From Candidatus Multivoradales bacterium (GTDB lineage Bacteria > Acidobacteriota > Thermoanaerobaculia > Multivoradales > JAHEKO01): DNA of 64,000 nt. The stretch covers positions 896,001 through 960,000 of the forward strand of contig CBDCVR010000013.1 in the NCBI GenBank assembly GCA_965223155.1, read 5' to 3'. The notes under the pieces are model-generated. The model did no database searches, had not been told where the DNA came from, and saw only the letters and a program-made list of their open reading frames with translations. The position numbers and the translations under genes were made by a program. Every line of letters begins with the position of its first letter. Position 1 is the stretch's first letter. This document shows, in pieces, positions 28,096-38,977 of the stretch.

Positions 28096-28950
28096 CTAGC
28101 TGGCTCCGTGCGTGATCCAGGTATCCAGCTTGAAAGCCCTGCGCACGCGATCCGCGACCTCCTGGGCCTGGTCCGGATCCAAATAGGGCCCGATCCGAAC
28201 CCGGTGGAGCGTTCGCCCTTCGACGTCAACCGGCGACAGGACCGCCGGATAGCCGCCGTCGCGCAGCCTCTGCACCACCCGCCGGGCCTGCGCCTCGTCG
28301 GTCGAAGAAAAGACCTGGATCACCAGCTCGTTCGTGGCGCTGGCGGGCGCGCTCGCTTCCGAGATGCGCACGGAGCCGGTCGCGCCCGTTCCGCCTGTCC
28401 CGGCAACAGAGCTTGGCGCCGGTTCGTCAGCGGCATCGATCACGCGATCCGCGACCCGCTCGGGCGTCAGATCCTCCAGGAAGGTCGAAGGCGGCGCCGA
28501 GCGGTCGCTGCCGCCGTCTTCGATGATGACCGGAACCTCTTCGGAGCCGGCGGCCTGGTCCTGTGCCCCGGAGTCGCGGGGACGGCGGCGGCGGCGCGGC
28601 CGGTCTCGCTGCTCCGAGCCCGCGACCGCGTCTTGCTCGGACGGGGTGACGGCGGCACCACCAGCAGGGTCCTCTGAGCCAGCCGAGCCCGTCGAGCTCG
28701 TCGAGCCCGTCGAGCCAGCACTCCGGTCGCGGTTGAAAAAGTCCAGCTCGCCAATGGCTTCGTCGCCGACCTCGGGGGCGGCGGCGATGACCTGGGTCGA
28801 GGATGCGCTCATCGAACCGTCGTCGCGGCCCAGCCAGACGCCGCCCAGGAACGCCCCCACGATGCACAGCAGCAGGACGACGAAGATCGTCATCACCTGC
28901 CGGTTGGTCAGCGCGATCTCGTAGTAGCTTTGTCCGGTTCCCTGGCTCAA
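28096..28950 (-). CDS. SPOR-domain cell division protein (FtsN/DedD-like)
   Basis: N-terminal TM, disordered linker, C-terminal IQVFSS...HRVRIGPY SPOR domain. Confidence 0.88.
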   Translation of the reverse strand: MSQGTGQSYYEIALTNRQVMTIFVVLLLCIVGAFLGGVWLGRDDGSMSASSTQVIAAAPEVGDEAIGELDFFNRDRSAGSTGSTSSTGSAGSEDPAGGAAVTPSEQDAVAGSEQRDRPRRRRRPRDSGAQDQAAGSEEVPVIIEDGGSDRSAPPSTFLEDLTPERVADRVIDAADEPAPSSVAGTGGTGATGSVRISEASAPASATNELVIQVFSSTDEAQARRVVQRLRDGGYPAVLSPVDVEGRTLHRVRIGPYLDPDQAQEVADRVRRAFKLDTWITHGAS

Positions 28951-29018
28951 GGGCTAAAGTGCCTCCAAGAAAGAAAGTTTAGCCCGCTTCGCGGCCGCTG
29001 TCAGGTCCCCGGAACGAC

Positions 29019-29768
29019 CTACTTCCCGCGATCCAGAAACGCCTTGAACAGGTCGATCGGAATCGGGAACAGAACCGTCGAGTTCTTCTCCGAGGCAATC
29101 TCGGTCAGCGTCTGAAGATAGCGAAGCTGGAGGGTCGTCGGGTTGGTGCTGATGGTGTCGGCGGCGGCGGCCAGCTGCTGGGAGGCCTGGAGCTCGCCGT
29201 CGGCGTGAATGATCTTGGCTCGCTTCTCACGCTCCGCTTCGGCCTGCCGGGCCATGGCCCGCTGCATCTCTTGCGGCAGATCGACGTGCTTGACCTCGAC
29301 CGCGGAAACCTTGATACCCCAGGGGTCGGTCTGCGAGTCGATGATCGACTGCAGTTCTTCGTTGAGCTTCTCCCGCTCGGAGAGAAGCTCGTCGAGCTCG
29401 GCCTGGCCCAGCACCGAACGCAAAGTGGTCTGGGCGATCTGGCTGGTGGCGACGAGGTAGTTCTCCACCTCGACCACCGCCTTGGCCGGATCCACGACCC
29501 GGAAGTAGACCACCGCGTTGACCTTGACCGAGACGTTGTCGCGGGTGATGACGTCTTGTGACGGCACGTCGTGGACGATGGTCCTCAGGGAGACCTTCAC
29601 CATCTTCTCGATCGGGTAGAAGACGAAGACGAGACCCGGCCCCTTGGGTTTCGACGACAGACGGCCGAGCCAGAAGGTCACCGCCCGCTCGTACTCGTTC
29701 AAGATGTTGACCCAGCGGGAGAATAGAAATATCGCGATTGCGACCAAGGCGATCAATCCGTAGCTCAT
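29019..29768 (-). CDS. Stomatin/slipin (SPFH) family protein
   Basis: [56 protein letters not shown]. Confidence 0.96.
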   Translation of the reverse strand: MSYGLIALVAIAIFLFSRWVNILNEYERAVTFWLGRLSSKPKGPGLVFVFYPIEKMVKVSLRTIVHDVPSQDVITRDNVSVKVNAVVYFRVVDPAKAVVEVENYLVATSQIAQTTLRSVLGQAELDELLSEREKLNEELQSIIDSQTDPWGIKVSAVEVKHVDLPQEMQRAMARQAEAEREKRAKIIHADGELQASQQLAAAADTISTNPTTLQLRYLQTLTEIASEKNSTVLFPIPIDLFKAFLDRGK

Positions 29769-31180
29769 AGCAACTCCTCTTGCTCCGATAATTCCGGTTC
29801 GGGCATGGCCCCGGCAGCGGGCCGTACCCGCAGGGTCATGCCGTCGACGTCCTCGACCACGATCTCGGCGCCGTCGGCGACGGGCACTTCGGCCACCGCC
29901 GTCCACAGCTCGCCGTGAACGAATACCCTGCCCTTGGCGCCGTGGGGACCGACTTCACTTCGCGCCACGCCCCGCTTGTTGACCAGGCCTTCGGAGCCCG
30001 TGGTCACCTGGGACCGGTGAGCCCGAATCGCCATCGACATCAGCGACCCAACCACCAGCGCCGAGAACAAGACCACCGCGGCGATGACGTCGAGCCCCAC
30101 CCGCACCGCCGGATCCACCGACTTGAAAAGCATCAACGAGCCCAGGGCCAACGCCACCAGGCCGGCCACGGTCAGAAGCCCGTAGCTGGTGACCTTGACC
30201 TCGGCGATGAAAAAGATCATCGCCAGCAGAATCAAGGCGATGCCGGCGTAGTTGACCGGCAGCACCGACATCGCGAAGAAGGCCAGGATCAGGCAGATGG
30301 CGCCAATCACCCCGGGCAGTACCGCGCCGGGGTTGGAGAGCTCGAAGTACAGTCCCAGGCCGCCGAGGGTCATCAGGATGTAGGCGATGTTGGGATGCGC
30401 CAGGGCCGACAGCAGCCGCTGGAATCCCGACATCTCGTGCCGTTCGATGAGAGCCCCCGCGGTTGCTAGCGTTCCGGCGGCGTCGGCCCGACCGATCTCG
30501 CGACCGTCGATCGCCTGAAGCAGCGACGACAGGTCGTCCGCCATCAGGTCGATCAAGCCGTTCTCGAGCGCCTCTTCGGCGGTGAACGAACGGCTCTCGA
30601 CCACCGCCGCCTCGGCCAGCTCTTCGTTGCGGCCGTTGCTGGCCGCGAGCGACCGGATCGTCGCAGCCGCGTCCTGCTCGACCTTGTCCGCCATGACGCC
30701 TTCGATCTCCTCACCCGAACCGGCCACCGGATGGGCGGCGCCGGTGTTGGTGCCAGGCGCCATGGCGGCGACGTCGGCCGCCATCACCAGGAAGAAACCG
30801 GCCGAGGCCGCCTGCGCGCCCGACGGCGAGACGTAGACCACCACCGGCACTTCCGAGCCGAGCATGGCGGTGAAGATCTCGCGGGTCGAGGTCAGAAGAC
30901 CGCCCGGAGTCGAGAGCTCCAGTACCAGCGCCCGGGCGTCCATTCGCTCGGCCGCGTCGATGGACTCCTGGACGAACTCGGCCGCGGGCGGATGGATGAT
31001 GGAATTCACCCGGATGGCGAGGACGGGCCCGGTCGCCTCGCGCGACTCCGGAAGCTCGCCCTCGGCCCGGGCGATCAGGGACACCAGCGGCGTTCCCAGG
31101 ATCACCGCCAGTGCGGTGGCCGCAAGCCGGCGCCGGTTCCCAGCCGCCCGAAGGCGGGATCTGCAACGCGGCACACCCAT
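29765..31180 (-). CDS. NfeD-family membrane-bound ClpP-class serine protease
   Basis: [25 protein letters not shown] block, C-terminal OB fold (VHGELWTA). Start at ATG 31180, uncertain. Confidence 0.95.
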   Translation of the reverse strand: MGVPRCRSRLRAAGNRRRLAATALAVILGTPLVSLIARAEGELPESREATGPVLAIRVNSIIHPPAAEFVQESIDAAERMDARALVLELSTPGGLLTSTREIFTAMLGSEVPVVVYVSPSGAQAASAGFFLVMAADVAAMAPGTNTGAAHPVAGSGEEIEGVMADKVEQDAAATIRSLAASNGRNEELAEAAVVESRSFTAEEALENGLIDLMADDLSSLLQAIDGREIGRADAAGTLATAGALIERHEMSGFQRLLSALAHPNIAYILMTLGGLGLYFELSNPGAVLPGVIGAICLILAFFAMSVLPVNYAGIALILLAMIFFIAEVKVTSYGLLTVAGLVALALGSLMLFKSVDPAVRVGLDVIAAVVLFSALVVGSLMSMAIRAHRSQVTTGSEGLVNKRGVARSEVGPHGAKGRVFVHGELWTAVAEVPVADGAEIVVEDVDGMTLRVRPAAGAMPEPELSEQEELL

Positions 31181-31221
31181 CGGGCTCAGTATATCGATCG
31201 TATCGGGCGCCCAGCAGTCCG

Positions 31222-32169
31222 TTAGGGGTCGGCGCCGTTTTCGATCCATTCGACGATGCCCGCGATCTCGGCGCCAGTCAGAAAGGGCCCACCCAAAGGC
31301 ATCCGGCCGCCCACCGGAGTGCCGCCCCGGAGCTTCCGCACGAGATAGCTGCGCTCGGGGTCCCTGGGCCGCACCCGCAAGAGCGGCGCTTGCCGCGCCG
31401 GCGCCTCGACCAGGTTGGCGTAGGCCTCGCCCGCGATCAGGACCAGGCCCTCCTCGGCGGTGGCCGGATCGTGGCAACCGCTGACGCCACAACGGGGAGC
31501 GAGGATCCGCGCCTCGATCTCGGGAAATGTCGTTGGCGCATCGCCGGCGGCGCAGCTCGCGAACGCCCGAAACTCGGTCTTGCGGCGAGCCATGTCGAGA
31601 CAGACGGTCAGCCCGGTCCCGGCCGGAAGAGCGGCGCCCAGGGGTTCGACGCTGACGGTCACCAGCGAACCCGCCGCCAGGCTCCGCGCGAAGAGCTTGG
31701 CGCCCCGAAAGGCGTCGTCCGGCGTCCGGGTCAAGGCCAGGCGGAACCGCTTGCGGACGCGTCCGGTTTCGGACGAGAGCACGGTCGCCCGGACGACTAC
31801 TTGCCGGGGCAGAGCGGCCTGCTGCTGCCCGGCACGCGCCGGCCGCTCCAACCGGCCCGAGAGCTGGACGAACCGGCCGGCCAGCTCGACCTTGGCCGGA
31901 ACCAGCCAGCTCGCGACCACCCGCTCGGCGCCCTCGTCGAGGGACGCCGGCAGGCGCACCGCGATCTCGACCGGCCGCCGGGCCGCGGGATCCGGAATCA
32001 AGACGCAACCGCCTAGGAATCCGAGGGCCAAGAGCGACGACGCGACGCGAGTCGCCCCCCAGAGCGCCGCCGCCCGAAGGGCGAACGCTCGGGAGGCCGC
32101 TCGGGCGGCTCGGGGGGTTCGGGGGGCGCGGAGCAGCGCCGTGCGGACCGGGCCGGACGGTCTCGACAT
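31222..32169 (-). CDS. Lipoprotein with C-terminal cytochrome c-like domain (CX4CH)
   Basis: Lipobox LGGC; RCGVSGCH...PRDPERSYLVRKL...RMPLGG...WIENGA. Confidence 0.7.
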   Translation of the reverse strand: MSRPSGPVRTALLRAPRTPRAARAASRAFALRAAALWGATRVASSLLALGFLGGCVLIPDPAARRPVEIAVRLPASLDEGAERVVASWLVPAKVELAGRFVQLSGRLERPARAGQQQAALPRQVVVRATVLSSETGRVRKRFRLALTRTPDDAFRGAKLFARSLAAGSLVTVSVEPLGAALPAGTGLTVCLDMARRKTEFRAFASCAAGDAPTTFPEIEARILAPRCGVSGCHDPATAEEGLVLIAGEAYANLVEAPARQAPLLRVRPRDPERSYLVRKLRGGTPVGGRMPLGGPFLTGAEIAGIVEWIENGADP

Positions 32170-32194
32170 GGGACCACCCTACCCTAGCCGCCGG

Positions 32195-34582
32195 CTAGCC
32201 CGGCGTTGCTTCCGCCTCGGAGAGCGGTAGCCGAACGGACGCGGGCTCCAGGCAGCGGCGATCGTCGCAGGCCTGGAAGTCCACGGTCAGGGCGGGCTCG
32301 GTACCGGTCGTTCGAAGCCGGCCGGCGAACCGCACCCGGCCCTCCAGAATCCGGATCGCCTCCGAAGGTCCGACCTGAAGGGTACGAGGCTCCGGCAGCT
32401 CGTCGATCCGGACCTCCACGTCCACACCGTCGAGCCGCAGCGGGAGCACCCACTCCGGCGCCTCGCCCGCCGGATCGGGCGCGTAGACGTGCCAGCCCGG
32501 TTGGATCGCAAGCTCGAGTGCGAAGCTCGATTCGCCGCTCGCGCCGCGCCTCGACTCCTGGTCGATTTCGGCGGTTTCGGCGGCAGCGAGGGTCAGCTCG
32601 AAGGCGACCGCTTGGTCGGATACTGGGCCCGATCCGGGGCCTGATCCCTCGGCCGATTCCGAGCTCGATTCGGGGGCCGCCGCCTCCGGGTGCTCCAGGC
32701 TTGCCGGCTTCGAGCCATCGGCTCCGTCTGCGACCCCGGCGGCCGCGGCTCGCCGGGCGGCGAGTGCCATCATGCGGGCGGGCTCGGCCAGCCGCTCCAG
32801 CAGGGGGCCGAAGGCGCGGAGCGCCCGCTCGGCGGCCTCGCGCCAACTGCGCTCGCCGGTCCGCTCGGCGAGCTCCAGGAGATTCAGGACCGCGACGGCG
32901 TTGGCCGAGGGCATGGCGCCGTCAAAGAGATCCTTGGAGCGCACCAGGAGATCTTCCGAGGCGGCGGCAGCGAAGAATCCACCGGCTGGATCGCCCAGGC
33001 GATCCTCCTGCTCGGCGGTGAGCCGCGCCGCTTCCTCGAGCCAGCGGCCGGAAGCACCGGCGGCGGCCGCCCGGTCAAGGGCCAGGAGACCCCGCACCAG
33101 GTAGGCGTAGTCCGACAAGAAACCAGGAACCTCGCCGCGCCCTTCGCGCCAGCTATGCAGGAGGGTTCCGTCGCGTGTCCGAAGCGCCGCCAGCACGAAC
33201 TCGGCCGCGCGCTCGGCCTGGTCCACCAGGGCCGGCTCCCCGAGCACCCTGCCGGCCTCGGCCAGGCCCGAGATCGCGGTGCCGTTCCAGTCGGCCAGAA
33301 TCTTGTCGTCGGTGAGTGGCCGGGGGCGCTCGGCGCGCAGCGCGAGCAGGCGCTCGGCCAGAGGCCGGATCTGCCCTTCGAGCTCGGCAACGGTGAGCTT
33401 GCGCCGCTCGGCCTGGGCTTCGAGCGACACCGGCAGATGGAGGACGTAGTAGCTTCCTTCGAAGAAGGCCTGCCGGTCGAAGCCGTAGATCGGCGCCAGG
33501 AAGCCGTAGTCTTCCTGGCCCAAGGCGTCGAGCAACTGGTCCCGCGTCCACACGTAGTAGGCGCCTTCGTGCCCGTCGGTCTCGGCGTCGAGAGCACTCC
33601 AGAAGGCGCCCTCGGGCGCGGTCAGCTCCCGCTCCAGAAAGCCGGCCACGCCGCGCAGCGTGGCCGCGGCCTGGGCGGCGGCACCGGCGTCAGCCGCGCC
33701 CGCGGCGCCCAAACGTTTCGCCTGCCGGGCGTAGGTCTCGAGCAGCCAGCCGTTGTCGTACAGCATCTTCTCGAAGTGCGGGACGTTCCACTCGCGGTCG
33801 GTGGCGTAGCGGTGGAAACCTCCGCCCAGGCGATCGTAGATGCCGCCCCGGGCCATGCGGTCGAGCGTGGTCGCAAGCATCGTCGCCGCACGTTCCGACT
33901 CGGAGGCGAACTCGTCGAGCAAGAGCAGGCCCGACGGCGCCGGAAACTTGGGCGCCGAGCCGAAACCGCCCCACTCGGGATCAAAGGAGCGCTCGAGGCC
34001 GGCCAGAGAGCGCTCGGCGGCGTCGGTGCCGGGCAGAGCCGCGGCCGGCTCCGGCCGGTCCTCCAGATGATGCCGGATGGTGGCGACCACCGAGGCCGCT
34101 TGCTCGCCCACGTCCGTCCGCCGGGTGGTCCACGCGTCGGCCATCGAATGCAGGACCGTGCGAAACGACGGCATGCCCGGCCGATCCACGGGCGGGAAGT
34201 AGGTGCCGGCAAAAAAGGGCTCGAGGGCCGGCGTCAGGAAGACCGAGTTGGGCCAACCGCCGTGCCGGGTCAGGATCTGGGTGGCGCTCATGTAGATCTC
34301 GTCCAGATCCGGCCGCTCTTCGCGGTCCAGCTTGACATTGACAAAATGCCGGTTCATGAGCTCGGCGGTGTCGTCGTCTGAGAACGACTCGCGCTCCATG
34401 ACATGGCACCAGTAGCAGGTGGAGTAGCCCACCGACAGGAAGATCGGGCAGTCGCGTTCGCGCGCCGCCGCCAGGGCTTCGGCGCCCCAGGGGTACCAAT
34501 CCACGGGATTGTGGGCGTGGAGCCGCAGGTACGGGCTGCTCGCAAGGGCCAAGCGGTTGGCGGGCCGGGAGTCGTCGCTCAA
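32195..34582 (-). CDS. Thioredoxin-domain DUF255 (YyaL/SPATA20) protein with C-terminal DsbD-N-like domain
   Basis: NRLA..SSPYL..HAHNPVDWYPWG, CYWCHVMERESF, PHFEKMLYD, DDKIL; tail PGWHVYA...QACDDRRCL. Start set at TTG 34582. Confidence 0.95.
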   Translation of the reverse strand: MSDDSRPANRLALASSPYLRLHAHNPVDWYPWGAEALAAARERDCPIFLSVGYSTCYWCHVMERESFSDDDTAELMNRHFVNVKLDREERPDLDEIYMSATQILTRHGGWPNSVFLTPALEPFFAGTYFPPVDRPGMPSFRTVLHSMADAWTTRRTDVGEQAASVVATIRHHLEDRPEPAAALPGTDAAERSLAGLERSFDPEWGGFGSAPKFPAPSGLLLLDEFASESERAATMLATTLDRMARGGIYDRLGGGFHRYATDREWNVPHFEKMLYDNGWLLETYARQAKRLGAAGAADAGAAAQAAATLRGVAGFLERELTAPEGAFWSALDAETDGHEGAYYVWTRDQLLDALGQEDYGFLAPIYGFDRQAFFEGSYYVLHLPVSLEAQAERRKLTVAELEGQIRPLAERLLALRAERPRPLTDDKILADWNGTAISGLAEAGRVLGEPALVDQAERAAEFVLAALRTRDGTLLHSWREGRGEVPGFLSDYAYLVRGLLALDRAAAAGASGRWLEEAARLTAEQEDRLGDPAGGFFAAAASEDLLVRSKDLFDGAMPSANAVAVLNLLELAERTGERSWREAAERALRAFGPLLERLAEPARMMALAARRAAAAGVADGADGSKPASLEHPEAAAPESSSESAEGSGPGSGPVSDQAVAFELTLAAAETAEIDQESRRGASGESSFALELAIQPGWHVYAPDPAGEAPEWVLPLRLDGVDVEVRIDELPEPRTLQVGPSEAIRILEGRVRFAGRLRTTGTEPALTVDFQACDDRRCLEPASVRLPLSEAEATPG

Positions 34583-34749
34583 GGGTGCCGGGTCTCGCGG
34601 CCCGGGGATCCGAACGGGCCGGGCGCAGTGTAACAATGCGGCCCGCGACTCGAGATCCCGGCCGGCGGCGAAGGATTTCCGCCTCTCGGCCATCCAAGAG
34701 ATCGACGGTGGCGAGCCAACCTTCCCCGAACCCGCCTGCACGAACCAGG

Positions 34750-36474
34750 ATGACACCCGATTCCCCGAACCGCACCGGCTGGCCCCGCGCCCTCGGTCTC
34801 TACGCCCTCGTCGCTGGCGCGGTCTCGTTCTGGCGGCTGGGCGCGGTCGGTGTGCTGCGCATGGAGGGCATGCTGGTCGACGCCGCCCGCCGGATGCTGG
34901 CCGAAGGCGACTGGCTCGTGCCGCGCGTCTACGGCGAGATCTACACCTACAAGCCGCCGCTGGCCTACTGGCTCTCGAGCCTGCCGCTCCGGCTCGACTC
35001 CCAACCCGACGAATGGCTCCTGCGACTGCCCTTCGCCGCCTGCGGCTTTCTTCTCGGGCTGGGGATCCTGCTGCTGGTCGGCCGCCAAACCAGCCCGCGC
35101 GTGGGCCTGCTGGCGGCCCTCGCGTGCGTGACCTGCTCGATCTTCGTCCAGCAGGCCCGGATGGCCGAGTTCGACATTCCGCTCGCCGCGGGCGCCGGGC
35201 TGGCGATTACCGCGGCGGCGGTGAATCTGGCTCGGGAGCGGCCCCACCCCGGCCTTTGGCTCCTGGCCTACGCGGCTCTGGCCTGGGGGTTCCTCGCCAA
35301 GGGCGTTCCGGCCCTGATGGTCTTCGGCCCGGGCCTCCTGATCGCCGCCGTGCTCACCCGGCGAGGACGCCGGCTCATCGCGCCCGGACACCTGGCGGCG
35401 GCGCTGGCGTTCCTGGTCCTGGCCGGCGGCTACCTGACCATGGCCTACCGCGCGGCCGGCCCGCGAGTCTTCAGCCAGCCGCTCCAGGAAGCCAAGATCC
35501 GAGGTTTGAGCTGGGGCACGGGCGCGAGCGACAGCGCGCTCGCCCAGGCCGACTATCTGGACCTGACCGAGGAGCCCTCGGACGCCGTCGCCCGTCCCTA
35601 CGGCTCGCTGGCCCGCACCCTGGCCAAGCCGATCCTGGTCGCCGTCGCGCTCCTGCCCTGGAGCCTGCTCTGGCCGCTTGCCTTCAGCCGCCGCACGCGC
35701 ACCGCCCCGCCCACGACCGCCGGCCGGCTCTCGCTTGCCGCTCGCGGGTTTCTGATCGGCGGCATCCTCGCCTTCATGGCCACTCCGACCCATGCCATGC
35801 GCTACTACCTGCCCCTGGCCGCGCCGGCGGGCATCGTTTGCGGCGTGGCCTCGGTCGAGCTCCACCAACTGGGAGCCCGCCTGGTGCGCTGGTCGCGGCT
35901 GGCGGCGACCCTGCTGGCGCTGGCGGTCTCGAGCGCCACGGCGGCGCTCGCCTTCGTCCTGCCGGAGCCACCGATGACGCTCGCCACCCGCGCGGCTCTC
36001 GCCGCCGCCGGGGTCCTTGGAGTCGTGATCACGCTGCGGCTCCGAGACCGGTCCGCGACGACGGCTCTGCCGGCCCTCCTCGTGCTTACCGGACTCGCTC
36101 TCCTCGCCGCCGAGGGTCTCGGCCTCCAGCCCGCACGGGCTCAGAAGCGGGTGCTCGAGAGCCAGGGCCGGGAGCTCGCCCGCAGGCTCGGCACCGACCG
36201 TCCTCTGTGGATTCTGGGACCGGCCGATCTGGCGGGCAAGAGCTCCTCGCTCTACTACTACTTCGGCGGCGAGGTGCGCGCCTTTCATCGACGCGGAGCC
36301 CTGCCTCCCGACGGCGCCGCGTGCGTCCTGCCATCCGACCGGCTGGATGACGTCCACTGGCCGCCGGAGGTAAGGTTCCACGAGACCGGCCGGATCCCCG
36401 GACCGCGGCGCGACGTCGTCGTGGGACGTTGCGAGCGCGCCGATGCGGCGGCGACCGACACCGGCCGGAGTTAG
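34750..36474 (+). CDS. ArnT/PMT-family (GT-C) membrane glycosyltransferase
   Basis: ARRML.EGDWLVP, YKPPLAYW, RLP, LAKG, RYYLP; multiple TMs. Confidence 0.9.
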   Translation: MTPDSPNRTGWPRALGLYALVAGAVSFWRLGAVGVLRMEGMLVDAARRMLAEGDWLVPRVYGEIYTYKPPLAYWLSSLPLRLDSQPDEWLLRLPFAACGFLLGLGILLLVGRQTSPRVGLLAALACVTCSIFVQQARMAEFDIPLAAGAGLAITAAAVNLARERPHPGLWLLAYAALAWGFLAKGVPALMVFGPGLLIAAVLTRRGRRLIAPGHLAAALAFLVLAGGYLTMAYRAAGPRVFSQPLQEAKIRGLSWGTGASDSALAQADYLDLTEEPSDAVARPYGSLARTLAKPILVAVALLPWSLLWPLAFSRRTRTAPPTTAGRLSLAARGFLIGGILAFMATPTHAMRYYLPLAAPAGIVCGVASVELHQLGARLVRWSRLAATLLALAVSSATAALAFVLPEPPMTLATRAALAAAGVLGVVITLRLRDRSATTALPALLVLTGLALLAAEGLGLQPARAQKRVLESQGRELARRLGTDRPLWILGPADLAGKSSSLYYYFGGEVRAFHRRGALPPDGAACVLPSDRLDDVHWPPEVRFHETGRIPGPRRDVVVGRCERADAAATDTGRS

Positions 36475-36483
36475 ACTCACCGC

Positions 36484-37392
36484 GTGCGAATCGTCTCGCT
36501 CGTCCCGAACGCCACCGAGATCGTCTTCGCCCTGGGCGCCGGCGACCTGCTCGTAGGAGTCAGCCACGAGTGCGACTTCCCGCCCGAGGCCGCCAACCGG
36601 CCGATCCTGACCGGCAGCGTGCTGGCGCCGGATCTCGCTCCGGCCGAGATCGATGCCGCCGTCGGCGCGCAGCTCGCGGGCGGCGGCAGTCTTTACACCA
36701 TCGACGAGACCCGTCTCCGGGAGCTGGCGCCGGACCTCGTCCTGACGCAGAGCCTGTGTCCGGTCTGCGCGGTCTCGCCGGAGCAGGTTGCCGGAGCCGT
36801 GGCCCGGCTCGAGCGCTGTCCGGAGGTGCTCTCACTCGATCCCAAGACCCTTGCCGAGGTCCTGGACGACATTCGCAGGGTCGGCGCGGCCCTCGATCGC
36901 GGGGACCGGGCCGCAGCGCTGATCGCGAAGCTCGAGCTCCGGATCGACCGGATTGCAACGCTTGGTTCTCGCGCTTTCGACGGATCCAAGCCCAGCGTGT
37001 GCGCGCTCGAATGGCTGGACCCGCCCTTCGTCGCGGGCCACTGGGTGCCCGAGCAGATCGCCCTGGCGGGCGGCGTGGACGCCTTCGCGGTCCCGGGGGA
37101 TCCCTCGCGCAAGGTCACCTGGGAGGCCATAGCAGACGCCGATCCCGACGTCCTCGTCGCCATGCCGTGCGGCTTCGACCGGGCCGGCGCCGAAGCCGAG
37201 GTCGAAGCCTTCGCCTCCGGGCCGGCGGCAGCCACCTGGAAGACGCTCCGCGCCGTCCGGCAGGGCCGGGTGTACGCGGTCGATGCCAACGGCTGCTTCA
37301 GCCGACCGGGACCGCGCCTCCTCGACGGAACCGAGTTCCTGGCCGGCGTCCTGCGCGGCCGGCCGGCACCTCTTGATGGGGCCGCGGTCTGA
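36484..37392 (+). CDS. BtuF-like cobalamin/iron-siderophore binding-fold protein (no signal peptide)
   Basis: MRIVSLVPNATEIV.ALG..LVGVSHECDFP, TQSLCPVCAV, LEWLDP, GHWVPE, SRPGPRL. Confidence 0.88.
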   Translation: MRIVSLVPNATEIVFALGAGDLLVGVSHECDFPPEAANRPILTGSVLAPDLAPAEIDAAVGAQLAGGGSLYTIDETRLRELAPDLVLTQSLCPVCAVSPEQVAGAVARLERCPEVLSLDPKTLAEVLDDIRRVGAALDRGDRAAALIAKLELRIDRIATLGSRAFDGSKPSVCALEWLDPPFVAGHWVPEQIALAGGVDAFAVPGDPSRKVTWEAIADADPDVLVAMPCGFDRAGAEAEVEAFASGPAAATWKTLRAVRQGRVYAVDANGCFSRPGPRLLDGTEFLAGVLRGRPAPLDGAAV

Positions 37393-37436
37393 GCGCCAAG
37401 AGCCAGCCCGGCTTCGGCTTCCGCCTGGCGCGGCGC

Positions 37437-38216
37437 GTGCTGACCCCCTGGAGCCGTCGGCGGGTGCTGGGCGCCGATCGCGCCCGCCTGGAGACGTTTC
37501 TAGACGACCTGCCGGCGGAGACGGCGAAGTCCCTCTTCGCGATCCCCGTCGTGCCGGGCAGCCCCGCCCTCGAGCCCCGGACGTACGAGCTCTTGACCGA
37601 CCGCTGCCGGCTCCTGCTGGTCGCCAACGGTCTCGACCGGAGCGCTTCCCGGGAGCTGGCCCGGCGCTACGACCGAGCCCGCGTCTTCCGGACCGGAGCC
37701 TTGCCGGGCTTTCCGGCCAAGCACGGCACTCTGCTCACTCTGCTGCTCAGCGCCATCCCCGAAGACTTCGGAGTTCTGGACGACGATTGCTACGTCCGGG
37801 ACGGCGCGCTTCTCGAGGTGCCCCAATTCGGTGAACGCGAGTTCCTCGCGGTTCCGGATCACGTCCATTTCTTCACCGTCCACGAGCCGACCGGACGGCG
37901 GTATCCCAGAACCCACTTCCTCATCTTCCAGCGCGCCCGGATCCTGGAGCTCATGAACCGGTACGCGATCGACGCCCAGAAGGTCGTCCATCCACCTCGC
38001 GCCTTGGCACCGCTTCTGGCGAAGCTGGAACTCGGACCTAGCCGCTACCCGAGGACGTATCTACGCTATTTCGACACCATGCTGCTGCTGATCTCGGTGG
38101 CCTTGGCCAGCGGGCTCGAGGTGCGCTGGCTCCGAGCGGCCCCGGACGCGGTTCTCCACCGGCGCCACCTCGAAGCCGAGATGGCTCGGGCCGGCACGGC
38201 CACCGGCAGCGGCTAG
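37437..38216 (+). CDS. Hypothetical protein, possibly glycosyltransferase-A-like
   Basis: LLVANG, KHG, FGVLDDDCYV (DxD), FDT. The start may lie upstream, near 37389. Confidence 0.55.
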   Translation: MLTPWSRRRVLGADRARLETFLDDLPAETAKSLFAIPVVPGSPALEPRTYELLTDRCRLLLVANGLDRSASRELARRYDRARVFRTGALPGFPAKHGTLLTLLLSAIPEDFGVLDDDCYVRDGALLEVPQFGEREFLAVPDHVHFFTVHEPTGRRYPRTHFLIFQRARILELMNRYAIDAQKVVHPPRALAPLLAKLELGPSRYPRTYLRYFDTMLLLISVALASGLEVRWLRAAPDAVLHRRHLEAEMARAGTATGSG

Positions 38217-38266
38217 CCAGGCTCGGGATCGCGTCGAAAGCCTAGAAACCGCCGGTCAGGCGCCGA

Positions 38267-38977
38267 TCAAGCGTCAAACGAGCTCTCGGCCAGCTCGTCG
38301 TCGGCTTCGGTCTCGTCTCGGCGGCTCAAGAAGAGCACGGTCACGCCGGTGAGATTCCAGAAGCCGATCGTGTACCAGTTGGGCCAGATCATCACCGCCA
38401 GAAAGGACAGGATGCCGACGCCGAACAGCGCGCCCATCACGCCCCGGACCTGCATCTCCGGCAGATGCCAGCGCGACACCATGAGCATGGCGAAGATCAG
38501 CACCACTGTGGCTGCCGCGGGCACCGGAATCTGGTCGCGCATCAGCACCAAGGCCATGAGATACCCGGCCGCTACCGGCGTCGGTACGCCGGTGGTGCGG
38601 TCGGCCTTGACGTGCTCGTCCGAAGTCAAGTTGAACCGGGCCAGCCGGTAGACTCCGGCCAGAACATAGGCCACGGCAATACCGACGCCAAATCCCTCGA
38701 GCGGGCGCAGGATCGCCTGATGGGCCAGGAAGGCGGGCGCGGCACAGAAGCTGAGACTGTCGGAGAGCGAGTCCATTTCCTGACCGAACTTCGAGGTCAC
38801 GCCCAGCATCCGGGCAAGCCGTCCGTCGGCCAGGTCGAGGAGGATGGCGACGAAAAGCAGCGACACGGCCAGGCGGAACTTGCCGTCCGCGGCCGCAAGC
38901 ATCGCCAGGAAGCCGACGACGATATTCGCCGCGGTGACCGCGTTGGGTACGAAGAGAAGACGGCGGCGCCCTTCCAT
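38267..38977 (-). CDS. pssA: CDP-alcohol phosphatidyltransferase (phosphatidylserine synthase-like)
   Basis: PNAVTAAN, DLADGRLARMLGVTSKFGQEMDSLSD, RLARFN, GVPTP. Confidence 0.9.
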   Translation of the reverse strand: MEGRRRLLFVPNAVTAANIVVGFLAMLAAADGKFRLAVSLLFVAILLDLADGRLARMLGVTSKFGQEMDSLSDSLSFCAAPAFLAHQAILRPLEGFGVGIAVAYVLAGVYRLARFNLTSDEHVKADRTTGVPTPVAAGYLMALVLMRDQIPVPAAATVVLIFAMLMVSRWHLPEMQVRGVMGALFGVGILSFLAVMIWPNWYTIGFWNLTGVTVLFLSRRDETEADDELAESSFDA

